In this document: positions 39,958 through 49,860 of the stretch, in pieces | Layout: each line of letters opens with the position of its first letter | How positions within the stretch are numbered: the stretch's first letter is position 1 | Source of the DNA: Candidatus Eiseniibacteriota bacterium | GTDB lineage: Bacteria; Eisenbacteria; RBG-16-71-46; CAIMUX01; VGJL01 | Direction: 5' to 3' | Assembly: GCA_041946735.1 (NCBI GenBank) | Contig: JBHGAY010000005.1 | Coordinates: 32,001 to 96,000, forward strand | DNA length: 64,000 nucleotides | Notes under the pieces: model-generated | The model's input: the letters and a program-made list of their open reading frames with translations, nothing else | The model's database searches: none | Told to the model about the DNA's origin: nothing | Made by a program: the position numbers and the translations under genes

Positions 39958-41370
39958 ATGGTGGCGATCATGGGGCTGCTCGGTCTGGCGGTGGGTCTCC
40001 TGCTTGGAGTCCTGCTCGCGCATCTCCTGAACGGGAGGCGGATCGAGCAGGCGGTCGCCTCGGCCCGGAGCGCCGCGCAGGCCGATCTGGCGGCCGCGGC
40101 GGCGCGCCTCGAGGAGCGGACGCGAGAGCGGGACGAGGCGCGCTCCGTCCAGCCGGAGAACGCGGAGCTGCGGGCGCAGGTCGCCACGCTGCAGGCGCAG
40201 CTCGAGGCCCAGGCGGTCGCGCTCTCCGAGAACCGGCGGCTGCTCGGCGAGGCTCAGGTCGCCCTGTCGGACGCCTTCAAGGCGCTCGCCTCCGACGCGT
40301 TGCAGAGCAACAGCGAGTCGTTCCTGCAGCTCGCCCGCGCCACGCTCGAGCGGTTCGCCGGTGAGGCGAAGAACGACCTCGAGCAGCGGCAGAAGGGGAT
40401 CGAGACGCTCCTCGCCCCCGTGCGCGAGGCGCTCGCGAAAGTCGACTCCCAGATCACGGAGGTGGAGAAGAGTCGCAAGGAGGCTTACGGCTCGCTCTCC
40501 GCGCAGCTTCAGTCGTTCCTCCAGGTGCAGCAGAAGCTCGAGACGCAGACCGGCAAGCTCGTCACGGCGCTGCGCGCGCCGACCGTGCGGGGACGGTGGG
40601 GGGAGATGCAGCTCCGGCGGGTCGTGGAGATGGCCGGGATGCTCCCGTACTGCGACTTCGACGAGCAGGTGTCGGTGACGACCGGCGAGGGGAAGAACCT
40701 GCGCCCCGATCTCGTCGTCCGACTTCCCGGGGGACGGAGCATCGTGGTCGACGCGAAGACCCCGCTCCTCGCCTACCTGGAAGCGACCGAGGCGGAGGGC
40801 GAGGAGCAGCGCGACGCCCGCCTGAAGGAGCACGCGCGGCAGCTCCGCGCGCACATGGCGCGCCTGTCCGAGAAGGGGTACGTCGCCGGCTTCCAGCCCG
40901 CGCCCGAGCTGATCGTGATGTTCCTTCCCGCGGAGAGCGTCTTCCTCGAGGCTCTGCAGCACGACCCGAAGCTGATCGAGCAAGGAGTGAGTCAGCGCAT
41001 CCTGCCGGTCTCGCCGGTGACGCTGATCGCACTCTTGCTCGCCGTCTCGCGGGGATGGCAGGAGCAGCGGATCGCCGAGAGCGCGGAGACGATCCGGGAC
41101 CTCGGGCGCGAGCTGCACGACCGGCTGCGCAAGCTCGCGGATCATCTGACCGCGGTCGGGACGAACCTGGACCGGGCGGTCCGCGCGTACAACGAGGCGG
41201 TCGGGTCCTACGAGAGCCGCGTCCTCGTGTCGGCGCGGCGGTTCAAGGAGCTGGGGGTGCCGGCGCTGCAGGAGATCCCCCAGGTCGATCCGGTGGAGCG
41301 GACGGCCCGGCCGTGCCAGGAGCCCCTCGCGCTACCGTCGATCGAGGACGCGGTGCAGTCCCGCGACTGA
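39958..41370 (+). CDS. rmuC: DNA recombination protein RmuC
   Basis: N-terminal TM, coiled coil, 'RGRWGEMQL', 'RPDLVVRLPG', 'VDAKTP', 'MFLPAE'. Confidence 0.93.
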   Translation: MVAIMGLLGLAVGLLLGVLLAHLLNGRRIEQAVASARSAAQADLAAAAARLEERTRERDEARSVQPENAELRAQVATLQAQLEAQAVALSENRRLLGEAQVALSDAFKALASDALQSNSESFLQLARATLERFAGEAKNDLEQRQKGIETLLAPVREALAKVDSQITEVEKSRKEAYGSLSAQLQSFLQVQQKLETQTGKLVTALRAPTVRGRWGEMQLRRVVEMAGMLPYCDFDEQVSVTTGEGKNLRPDLVVRLPGGRSIVVDAKTPLLAYLEATEAEGEEQRDARLKEHARQLRAHMARLSEKGYVAGFQPAPELIVMFLPAESVFLEALQHDPKLIEQGVSQRILPVSPVTLIALLLAVSRGWQEQRIAESAETIRDLGRELHDRLRKLADHLTAVGTNLDRAVRAYNEAVGSYESRVLVSARRFKELGVPALQEIPQVDPVERTARPCQEPLALPSIEDAVQSRD

Positions 41371-41408
41371 AGATCGGCGAGAGGCGGCAGGGAAGCGGGC
41401 GAGGCGAG

Positions 41409-42065
41409 ATGCGGCATCCCTGGATCGTCCTGATCTACTCGATCGCGATGGGCGTGCTCGAGGCTGCGGTCGTCGTCTACCTGCGACGCATCTACTATCC
41501 CGCCGGCTTCGGGCTGCCGCTCGTGGCGATGGACCCCTTCGTCCTGCGCGTCGAGATCGCGCGCGAGGCGGCGACGATCGTGATGATCGCCTGCGTGGCG
41601 CTGCTCGCGGCGCCGCAGCCGTGGTCGAGGCTGATGGCGTTCCTCGTGGTCTTCGGGGCGTGGGATCTGGCGTACTACGCCGGGCTCAAGCTCTGGCTCG
41701 GGTGGCCGGCGCGGCTCTTCGAGCCGGACATCCTGTTCCTTATCCCGAAGGTCTGGGTCGGGCCGGTGATCGCGCCGGCGCTCGTCGCCGCCACGTGGGT
41801 GGCGGGCGGCCTTCTGCTGCACCGGCGGCGGTTCCGCGATCTGCGCATGGGATGGAAGAGCTGGGCCGCTGCCATCGCGGCGGCGGCGCTGATCCTCGCG
41901 TCCTTCCTCGGCCCGCTTGGGCCGGCCGGGGAGATGCGATTCTCCTGGGGGATCTACCTCGCCGGATATGCGCTGGGTCTCGTCACTCTCGCGCGTCTGA
42001 TCGTCCTGGGAAGGAAGGCGGAACGAAGGAAGGCGGAACCGTTGCGAGCGAAGGAGTCGGCGTAG
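41409..42065 (+). CDS. Hypothetical integral membrane protein
   Basis: Multi-TM ORF with 'AMGVLEAAVVVYLR', 'REAAT', 'WDLAYY', 'DILFLIP' segments. Confidence 0.75.
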   Translation: MRHPWIVLIYSIAMGVLEAAVVVYLRRIYYPAGFGLPLVAMDPFVLRVEIAREAATIVMIACVALLAAPQPWSRLMAFLVVFGAWDLAYYAGLKLWLGWPARLFEPDILFLIPKVWVGPVIAPALVAATWVAGGLLLHRRRFRDLRMGWKSWAAAIAAAALILASFLGPLGPAGEMRFSWGIYLAGYALGLVTLARLIVLGRKAERRKAEPLRAKESA

Positions 42066-42177
42066 CACGAAGACGAAACGAGCGGGCGGCCGGGATCGCT
42101 CCCGCCCGCCCGCCGTGTAAGCCCCATCGGTCCGATTTCGAGGAACGGCGTCGTCGTTCGTCGTCGTCGGGCGTGAG

Positions 42178-42483
42178 CTAGAGGCCCAGCGCCTTCTTCT
42201 TCTCCTCCGCCGTGGGAAGAGGGTCCATCTTCGTGTTCACGACCGGCAAGCCCGGGGAACGGTCCGCATTGATCTCGATCCACTTCTTCTGATCCTCGGG
42301 CACGTCCTCGAGCGCGAAGATCGCCTCGACCGGACAAGCCGGGACGCAGGCGCCGCAGTCGATGCACTCATCCGGATGGATGTAGAGCATCTCGTCGTCG
42401 CCGTGGAAGCAATCGACAGGGCAGACCGTCACGCAGTCCGTGAAGCGACAGAGGTGACAGTTGTCCGTTACGACGTACGCCAT
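42178..42483 (-). CDS. Ferredoxin (FdxA-type, 3Fe-4S/4Fe-4S), copy 2
   Basis: 'CHLCRFTDCVTVCPVDCF', 'CIDCGACVPACP'. Confidence 0.92.
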   Translation of the reverse strand: MAYVVTDNCHLCRFTDCVTVCPVDCFHGDDEMLYIHPDECIDCGACVPACPVEAIFALEDVPEDQKKWIEINADRSPGLPVVNTKMDPLPTAEEKKKALGL

Positions 42484-42567
42484 TTCTTGTTTCACTCCTT
42501 CGGCCGAATCGGGCGGCGCGATGCGGCGGAGCGAGCGCTTCCGGTTCGCCGGCGGATGCCGGCGGAC

Positions 42568-42873
42568 CTAGAAGCCCAGCTTCGCCTTCTTCGCCTCCGC
42601 CGTCGGGAGCGGATCCTGCTTCGAGTTCACGACCGGCAGGCCGGGTGCCCGCTCGGCATTGATCTCGATCCACTTCTTCTGGTCATCCGGACAGTCCTCG
42701 ATTGCGTAGATCGCTTCCACGGGGCAGGCCGGCGCGCAGGCGGCGCAGTCCATGCACTCGTTCGGATCGATGTAGAGCATCTCATCATCGCCGTGGAAGC
42801 TGTCGGTCGGGCAGCCAACCACGCAATCGGTGAACCGGCACATGTGGCAGTTTTCGGTGACTACGTGAGCCAT
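42568..42873 (-). CDS. Ferredoxin (FdxA-type), copy 1
   Basis: 'CHMCRFTDCVVGCPTDSF', 'CMDCAACAPACP'. Confidence 0.92.
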   Translation of the reverse strand: MAHVVTENCHMCRFTDCVVGCPTDSFHGDDEMLYIDPNECMDCAACAPACPVEAIYAIEDCPDDQKKWIEINAERAPGLPVVNSKQDPLPTAEAKKAKLGF

Positions 42874-43103
42874 GACCCCACTCCTTCCCACGCGAACGAC
42901 CCCGGGATCGCACGCGTCCGACCCATCACGTAGCGACGAACCGGTTCGGTGCCGGAACGCCGCCCCGCCTGGCGGCGGGACTACTCGCAACGAGACTAGC
43001 GAAACCGTTCTCGATCGGGAAGGGTGCAAAACCATTCATGATTTGCAGTATCCTCGCGCGCGTTGCGCCGGGCGGCGAGGACCGCAGGAGGGGAGGGCGC
43101 CGG

Positions 43104-46100
43104 ATGGAGCGGCAGGGCGTTCGTTGGCTTCGATCGGGTTTCGGCATCGCGGCGGCGTCGGCTGCGGCTGCGGTTGCGGCTGCTTGGGCGGCTTCGATGT
43201 TCGCCGGGACGGCTCCGGCCGTGGCGTCGTCGGCGATTTCCGCGCCGGCCGGCCCACCGGCGGAGCGTACGGCGCTGCTGGAGGGATACCTGCCGAAGGA
43301 GGACCTCGGCGTCCTCGACTTCCTGGCGAAGCACCCTGAGAGCGACGGCCGCGGCGTCATCGTTGCGATTCTCGACACCGGGATCGAGCTGGGCCATCCC
43401 GCCCTTCAGCGGACCTCGACGGGGGAGCCGAAGATCCTCGACGTCTACGACGCGACCGACGACGGCTACCTCGCGCTTCCGGTGCAAGCACGGGTGGGCG
43501 ACCGGGACCTGGTCGGACTGAGCGGGCGCGCGCTGGTCCTTCCGTCAGACGTCGAGGCGGGGGCGGAGGCGCGGCTCGGCGTCCTGCTGGGACGGCGGAA
43601 CTTCCCGGGCGGACTCCAGGAGCGTCGCGAGCGCGAGCGGCGCGACGCGTGGCAGCGCCTTCGGGCGAGGTGGGAAGCGGCTGCCGATGCGGCCGCCGAT
43701 GCGGCCGCGGACAGCGCCGTCGGCGCGGCCCCGCGCTCAGGCGAGCGGGCGGATGAACCTGCGGACGAACGTGCGAACGAGCACCGCGAGGCGGCCGCCG
43801 AGGCGCTCGACCGGATCCTCGAGCATGGGGAGGACCCGGGCGATCGGTTCGACGTGGTGGCGCTGCGGCGCGCCGGCGGCTGGGAGGTGCGGATCGACAC
43901 CGACGCCGACGGCGATCTCGCCGAGGAGACGCCGCTGCGCCCGTATCGCGAGCGCCGCGACGTCGCCCGCTTCGGGGATCCGGAGCAGCTGACGGTCGCG
44001 CTCGAACGCATCGCGGGCGACGGGTCTTCTCTCTTCCTCTTCTACGACGAGGGCGGCCACGGCACCCACGTCGCCGGCATCGTCGCCGGCTACTACGGCG
44101 ACGGCGATCCGCTGAACGGCCTCGCTCCGGGAGCGAAGCTGATCGCGGCGAAGGTCGGCAACGGCCGGATGGGCGGCTCGACGTCCCACAACAGCATCGT
44201 GAAGGCTGCGCAGTGGGCGGTCGACCACGGCGCCGACGTGATCAACATCTCCTTCGGCGGCACCAGCTTCTTCGATGATGGGACGGAGCTGACCTCGGTC
44301 TTCCTCGACGAGCTGGCGCAGGCGACGGGCGTCGTGATCTGTTCGAGCGCCGGCAACGAGGGTCCCGCCCTTTCGACGATCGGCTCGCCGGGCAGCGCGC
44401 GGCGCGTCTTCGGATGGGGCGCCGCCATCTCGCGCAAGACGCAGCAGACGAACTATGCGTCGCTCGATCCGCGACGCGACGACCTCTTCGACTTCTCCTC
44501 GCGCGGTCCGCTGCTGAGCGGAGATCCGGGCGTCGACTTCATCGCGCCGGGCGCCGCGTTGAGCACGCTTCCGGTCTGGGGACTGCTGAAGGGGGAGTCG
44601 TGGAACGGGACGAGCATGGCGAGCCCGCAGGGGGCGGGATTCTGCGCGCTGATGCTCTCCGCATGCCGCCAGCAGGGGATCCCAGTCACCGTGGACCGGC
44701 TGCGTCGCGCGATGCGCGCGGGGGCGCGGCGCCTGCCGGGCCTCTCGGTGATCGAGCAGGGGGACGGGATGCCGCAGGCGGAGGCGACGCTCGGCGCGCT
44801 GCGGGCGCTCGCGCAAGCATATCCGGCGGAAGCGAGCGCGGCGCGCGTGCCGCACGACGTTGGCGCGGCGGAGCCGGTCATCGGTTATCGCGTGCAGGTG
44901 CACAACGCGACGGGGAGTGGGGGCGGCTACTACGAGCGCGACCTGCTCGCGACCGAGAAGTTCCGCGTGCCGTTCGGCGTCGCGCCGGACTTCCCCGGCG
45001 ATTCCCTGCAGGCGGCGCGAGCCGGCTTCCTGCGAATTGTGCAGCTCGAGAGCGAGGTCCCGTGGATGCGTCCTCCCGCGCAGGCGGCGATCCACTCGAA
45101 CGGGACGCGGATCCCGATCGAGATCGATCCGGCGAAGCTCGCGGCGGGGCTGAACGTCGGGCGGGTCGTGGCGCGGGACGTGAAGCATCCGGAGGCGGGG
45201 ATCGAGTTCGCGCTCGTGGCGACCGTGATCCGGCCGATGGATGTCGATCCGCGGAGGCCGGTCGTCGAAGGGACGTGGGAGGTCGCGCGCGGCGACCGGG
45301 TGTCGGCGTTCGTGAGGGTCCCGGCGGGAGCGACGCTCGCGCGGCTCACGCTGCGGGAGCTTGCGGCCGAGCCGGCGAACAGCTACGAGGCGGCCCTGTC
45401 CGACCCGGACCGGCTGCGCGCGCCCGAGGAGCGGGTCGCGACACGCTACCTCGATCTCGCGCGCGAGCAGGAGGCCACGATCGACCTGGGCGTCCTGGCG
45501 GGAACGGTGGTCGAGGCGGTCGCGTTCAGCCGCTGGCAGGACAACCGGCCCGGGCGGCTGCGCTGGCGCCTCGAGTTCGATGGCGTGGACGCGACGCAGG
45601 AGCCGCCGCTCGCCATCGACGTCGACCGGCCGGGGAGCGGCTTCGTGATCGGCGCATCGACGTGGCCGGTTACGGTCCGTTTCGAAGGAACCCTCGACCG
45701 CGTCGAGGAGCCGCTCGACGTGCGATGGGACGTGCGGCCGGACTCGCTCGTGGCTTTCTCGCTTCACGGCATCCCGGCGCTCGTGGAGCGTGGAGAAGCC
45801 TACCTTGCGGTCGATCGCGACAAGGAGGTGCGGATCGACCTCGGCGTCGGCCCGGAGTTCGAGGATCTCCTCGACGATGCCATCTTTCGCGTCTTCGACG
45901 ACTCGGGACGCGAGGTGGCGCACGGGTACCTGTACGAGGGCACCGCTTCCTTCACCCCGCCGGCCGGCGGGACGGTCAAGATCGTCTTCGACATCTGGAC
46001 GCGCGGAGGCGAGTTCTTCGACCAGGGGACGGTGGTACGACCGGTGGTTCTGCGCGAGCGCGAAGCGATCCCGATCGTCGTGCACGCGGATCCCGTCGGC

Positions 46101-47087
46101 GGATTCCGGCGCGGGCCCGACAGCTTGACGGCGATCGCGTTGGTGCCGGGCGAGAAGCGGCGGCTGTTCGCGGGAGTCGACGACCTGCCGCAGGGGGAGC
46201 GGCTGCGCGGGACGCTGCGCCTGCTCGGAGAGCGGGAAGCGACGGTCTACGCCGAGATCCCCGTGCGCGCCGACACGCGACCGCTGGCGCCGGCCGATGA
46301 GGAGCGCGTCGATGCGATCGCGGCGGCGGCCGTCACGCGGGCGCGGCTCCTCGCCGATCGTACGGACGTCGCGGCCGACGATCGCAACGAGGCCTTGGCG
46401 CGGCTCGACCGGGCCGCGCGGATCGCGGAGGCGGCGCCGGCATCGCATTCCGGCCGTGCAGGAGACGAGGACGAGGACGAGGACGAGGAGAGCGAGAAGA
46501 GGCTCCCGCAAGGATGGGAGATCGCGGTCGCCAAGGCCAGGCTGCTCCTCGCCGGGGGCGAAGAGGATCTCGATGCGGCGGCGGACGCGATCGACCGCGT
46601 CGCGGAGCTCGCGGGCCCGGAGAGCGGGGCGGATCCGGAGGAGATCGCGCGGGCGCGCGGCCGAGAGGCCGTCGCCGCGGCTCTGAGCGCGCAGCTCGCC
46701 ATCGAGCGCGGACGGACCGGAGAGGCGCGGGAGCGGTTCGACGAGGCGCGTTCCCTCGATCCGAGTGCGCCCGGCCTGGACCGGCTCGAGCCGCTGCTCC
46801 TCCTCGCCGAAGGGAAGCCGGAGCAGGCGCGCGAGCCGGCGGAGTCGTACCTGCGCGAGCATCCGGACGACGTCGAGGTCGACGCCTCGCTCGTGCGCGA
46901 CTACGTCGCGCTCGGCTGGTGGGACCTGGCGACGCTCATCCTCGAGCGGTGGCCCGAGCGCCATCCGCGCGCGAACGACACGCTGCTCGCACTCTGGCGG
47001 GATCTCGACGAGAGCCGCTCGCGCGGGGCGCGCGAGGCCGCTCCGAGCCCGCTGCTTCCGGTTCCTCTGCTGTCGCGGGGAGAGTGA
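43104..47087 (+). CDS. Secreted S8 peptidase, tripeptidyl-peptidase II-like, with C-terminal TPR-like region
   Basis: 'LPKEDLG..FLAKHPESDGRGVIVAILDTG...TSTGEPKI', 'HGTHVAGI', 'SSAGNEGPALSTIGSPG', 'NGTSMASP'. Confidence 0.85.
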   Translation: MERQGVRWLRSGFGIAAASAAAAVAAAWAASMFAGTAPAVASSAISAPAGPPAERTALLEGYLPKEDLGVLDFLAKHPESDGRGVIVAILDTGIELGHPALQRTSTGEPKILDVYDATDDGYLALPVQARVGDRDLVGLSGRALVLPSDVEAGAEARLGVLLGRRNFPGGLQERRERERRDAWQRLRARWEAAADAAADAAADSAVGAAPRSGERADEPADERANEHREAAAEALDRILEHGEDPGDRFDVVALRRAGGWEVRIDTDADGDLAEETPLRPYRERRDVARFGDPEQLTVALERIAGDGSSLFLFYDEGGHGTHVAGIVAGYYGDGDPLNGLAPGAKLIAAKVGNGRMGGSTSHNSIVKAAQWAVDHGADVINISFGGTSFFDDGTELTSVFLDELAQATGVVICSSAGNEGPALSTIGSPGSARRVFGWGAAISRKTQQTNYASLDPRRDDLFDFSSRGPLLSGDPGVDFIAPGAALSTLPVWGLLKGESWNGTSMASPQGAGFCALMLSACRQQGIPVTVDRLRRAMRAGARRLPGLSVIEQGDGMPQAEATLGALRALAQAYPAEASAARVPHDVGAAEPVIGYRVQVHNATGSGGGYYERDLLATEKFRVPFGVAPDFPGDSLQAARAGFLRIVQLESEVPWMRPPAQAAIHSNGTRIPIEIDPAKLAAGLNVGRVVARDVKHPEAGIEFALVATVIRPMDVDPRRPVVEGTWEVARGDRVSAFVRVPAGATLARLTLRELAAEPANSYEAALSDPDRLRAPEERVATRYLDLAREQEATIDLGVLAGTVVEAVAFSRWQDNRPGRLRWRLEFDGVDATQEPPLAIDVDRPGSGFVIGASTWPVTVRFEGTLDRVEEPLDVRWDVRPDSLVAFSLHGIPALVERGEAYLAVDRDKEVRIDLGVGPEFEDLLDDAIFRVFDDSGREVAHGYLYEGTASFTPPAGGTVKIVFDIWTRGGEFFDQGTVVRPVVLREREAIPIVVHADPVGGFRRGPDSLTAIALVPGEKRRLFAGVDDLPQGERLRGTLRLLGEREATVYAEIPVRADTRPLAPADEERVDAIAAAAVTRARLLADRTDVAADDRNEALARLDRAARIAEAAPASHSGRAGDEDEDEDEESEKRLPQGWEIAVAKARLLLAGGEEDLDAAADAIDRVAELAGPESGADPEEIARARGREAVAAALSAQLAIERGRTGEARERFDEARSLDPSAPGLDRLEPLLLLAEGKPEQAREPAESYLREHPDDVEVDASLVRDYVALGWWDLATLILERWPERHPRANDTLLALWRDLDESRSRGAREAAPSPLLPVPLLSRGE

Positions 47088-47366
47088 GAGGAGCAAGCGC
47101 CTCCAGGGACCTCCCAAACCACGCGTCTCCAACTTCCACCCCACCGGCCGGACCGGTCGCGATTTGGCCGCCTGCGACCGGCGCCGGCGCAAATCCGTCC
47201 CCCGAGCCCGACCGGGCGCCGGCATGCCGCGAAACGATCTTGCAAGTGCCCACGGCGCCTTGACTTGCCGATGGACGTCGCAGCCTCCCCTGGTACGGAA
47301 CTTGATGGCTCTCGAGGCGGGCGGGACAGGAGTGTCCCGCTCTTGGAGTCGCGTCAGGAGGCAACC

Positions 47367-47960
47367 ATGCGCGCCATGTCCGCGATGCCCGCCGTGCCGG
47401 CCATGTCTGCCACGTCCAGGATGGCCGCCGCGCCCGCCACGTCCGCCCTGTTCCGATTTCCCTTCCTCGCAGCGCTCGTCTGTCTCGCCGCCGGCCTCTT
47501 CTGCGCGTCCGCCGACGCCCAGGACCGGGACCGGCGCGACATCTTCTTCGGCGGCAGCGCGTCGGATGCGTCGCCCGGGCGCTACGTGATCCGCAACGGC
47601 CTCGAGGACGAGCTGCTCGTCGACGTGCAGATCTGGGGGCAGGTCCATCGCCCCGGCCAGTACTCCGTGCCGGACCGCACGGACCTGATCGGTCTCATGT
47701 CCTACGCGGGAGGACCGACCGAGGACGCGAAGATCCGGAAGATCCAGATCGTGAGTCCGATCGGCAAAGGTCCGCGCGTCCAGACGATCGACGTCGAGAG
47801 TTTCGTGCGAACGGGAGATTCCAACCTGATCCCAACCCTTCATCCGGGCGACGTGGTCGTCGTCCCGGCATCCCGTTCGCACAACCTGTACCGGTGGGGC
47901 GGCATCATCTCGGTCGCCGCCCTCGTCGCGAACGTCGCGATCCTCGCGACCCGCAACTGA
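47367..47960 (+). CDS. SLBB domain-containing exported protein
   Basis: RBS AGGAGG; 'VQIWGQVHRPGQY', 'AGGPTEDA', 'LHPGDVVVVP'. Confidence 0.8.
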   Translation: MRAMSAMPAVPAMSATSRMAAAPATSALFRFPFLAALVCLAAGLFCASADAQDRDRRDIFFGGSASDASPGRYVIRNGLEDELLVDVQIWGQVHRPGQYSVPDRTDLIGLMSYAGGPTEDAKIRKIQIVSPIGKGPRVQTIDVESFVRTGDSNLIPTLHPGDVVVVPASRSHNLYRWGGIISVAALVANVAILATRN

Positions 47961-48218
47961 GTCCGGCGCGCGCGCGCTTCCAGCCGCCCTCGGAGCAACG
48001 GCGGCCGGCGATCACGCCGGCCGCTTGCCGCGCCTCGTCTCCGCCGGGCGGCCGCGTGCATCCGTCCCTCCCCGATGCGCTATCCTCGGTCCTCCACAGG
48101 GCTACGCTTTCACGGCCGTGGCCTCGATGGCATCGATGACGAAGGAGCGGGGAGATGCGCATCAGTCCCACGATTCCGATTCGTTTCCTTCTTTCGCTCG
48201 CCGCCGTCCGATCGTCGT

Positions 48219-49328
48219 ATGCGCGCTGATCTCTTCGTGCCCGGACGCGTCTGCCTCTTCGGGGAGCATTCGGACTGGGCCGGCGGCTTCCGGCGCTCCC
48301 ACCCCGGGATCGCGAAAGGGCATGCCATCATCGCCGGCACGAGCCAGGGAATCCATGCGACCGCATCTCCGCACGCAGGCGCGCTTCTGCTCTCGTCGGT
48401 CACGGCGGACGGGGCGCATCACGGTCCCGTGGAGATTCCGATGGAGGCGGACGCGCTCCTCGCCGCCGCTCGTGGCAACGGCTTCTTCCGCTACGTCGCG
48501 GGCGTTGCCTACCGGATCCTCGAGCGTGCGCCGGCCGCCGCCGGCGGGCTACGCCTCGACAACGATGCGACCGATCTGCCTGTGGGGAAGGGGCTGTCGT
48601 CGAGCGCGGCGATCTGCGTGCTGACCGCCCGGGCATTCAACGTCCTGTACGATCTGGGGCTCACTCTCGCCGAGGAGATGGAGATCGCCTACGAGGGGGA
48701 GATCACGACGCCTTCGCGATGCGGGCGCATGGATCAGGGATGCGCCTATGGAAGCCGTCCGATCCACATGACTTTCGATGGGGACCGCGTCGAAGTCGAG
48801 GAGATCCGAGTCGGCGCCCCGTTGCACCTGCTTCTCGTCGATCTGGGAGCGGGCAAGGACACCGCGGCGATTCTCGCGGACCTGCAACACTCCTACCCGG
48901 TCGCCGTGACCGACCTGGACCGGGGCGTGCAGCATCTGCTCGGGGAGGCGAACGAGCGGACCGTGCGCGCCGCGATCGCCGCGATCGAGGCGGGAGACGC
49001 GCCCGGGCTCGGGCGGATGATGGCCGAGGCGCAGGAGCTCTTCGACCGCTATGCGGCTCCCGCCTCCCCGCGCGAGCTTGCCGCTCCCGCGCTGCACCGG
49101 GTGCTGCGCCATACTCCCTTGGCCGGCGTGGTTTGGGGAGGCAAAGGCGTCGGCTCGCAAGGCGACGGGGCGGCGCAGCTTCTGGCTCGAGGCGCCGGAG
49201 CGAGGGAGGAGGCGATCGAGATCCTGCGGCGCGACTTCGGCCTGCACTCGCTCCGCCTGACGATCGAACCGGGAAGCGGATCGCGAGCCTCCGGAATCGC
49301 TCGCGTGACGGACCAGGACTACGCGTGA
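48219..49328 (+). CDS. GHMP kinase family (galactokinase/mevalonate kinase-like)
   Basis: 'PGRVCLFGEHSD', 'LPVGKGLSSSAA', 'CGRMDQ', 'GGKGVGSQGDG'. Confidence 0.88.
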   Translation: MRADLFVPGRVCLFGEHSDWAGGFRRSHPGIAKGHAIIAGTSQGIHATASPHAGALLLSSVTADGAHHGPVEIPMEADALLAAARGNGFFRYVAGVAYRILERAPAAAGGLRLDNDATDLPVGKGLSSSAAICVLTARAFNVLYDLGLTLAEEMEIAYEGEITTPSRCGRMDQGCAYGSRPIHMTFDGDRVEVEEIRVGAPLHLLLVDLGAGKDTAAILADLQHSYPVAVTDLDRGVQHLLGEANERTVRAAIAAIEAGDAPGLGRMMAEAQELFDRYAAPASPRELAAPALHRVLRHTPLAGVVWGGKGVGSQGDGAAQLLARGAGAREEAIEILRRDFGLHSLRLTIEPGSGSRASGIARVTDQDYA

Positions 49329-49341
49329 CGGACCAGGACTA
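49302..49341 (+). repeat. Perfect 20-bp tandem duplication
   Basis: CGCGTGACGGACCAGGACTA x2. Confidence 0.9.
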
Positions 49342-49352
49342 GGAGAACGCAC

Positions 49353-49784
49353 ATGCCGAAGAAAGAAGCGGCCGGCCATTGGCTCTTCAAGACCGAACCG
49401 TCCACCTTCTCGTTCGAGGATCTCGAGGCCAAGAAGAACGGCGATGTGTGGGACGGCGTCAAGAACGCCCTCGCCTTGAAGCATCTCGCGCAGGTACGGC
49501 GCGGAGACGAGATCCTGATCTACCACACCGGCGACGAGAAGGCGATCGTCGGCGTTGCGCGCGCGGTGCGCGATCCGTATCCCGATCCGAAGCAGGACGA
49601 TCCGAAGCTCCTCGTCGTCGACGTGCAAGCGGTTCGCAGGCTCCCCTTCCCCGTCGCGCTATCGGTGCTGAAGAAGGAGCCGCGCTATGCGGAGTTCGAC
49701 CTCGTCCGCCTGCCGCGCCTCTCGGTGATGCCGGTGCCGGGTGGCCTGTGGAAGGACATCCTGGGCCGTGGAGGGCTGACCTAG
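49353..49784 (+). CDS. EVE domain-containing protein
   Basis: 'WLFKTEP..FSFEDL', 'WDGVKN', 'YHTG', 'RLSVMPV'. Confidence 0.92.
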   Translation: MPKKEAAGHWLFKTEPSTFSFEDLEAKKNGDVWDGVKNALALKHLAQVRRGDEILIYHTGDEKAIVGVARAVRDPYPDPKQDDPKLLVVDVQAVRRLPFPVALSVLKKEPRYAEFDLVRLPRLSVMPVPGGLWKDILGRGGLT

Positions 49785-49860
49785 ACTGCGCGCTCCGGCG
49801 GGCGCCGCCTCGGCGGATCCGCGAAGAAGCTCCGGCGGGCGACGGCGCGAAGAAGAGACG

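Noticed and set aside
39958..41370. RmuC as a marker of a mobile or defence island
   Set aside because: Common chromosomal gene; no integrase, transposase or compositional shift nearby.
43737..47882. 1381-aa minus-strand ORF
   Set aside because: Antisense shadow of the TPP II-like and SLBB genes.
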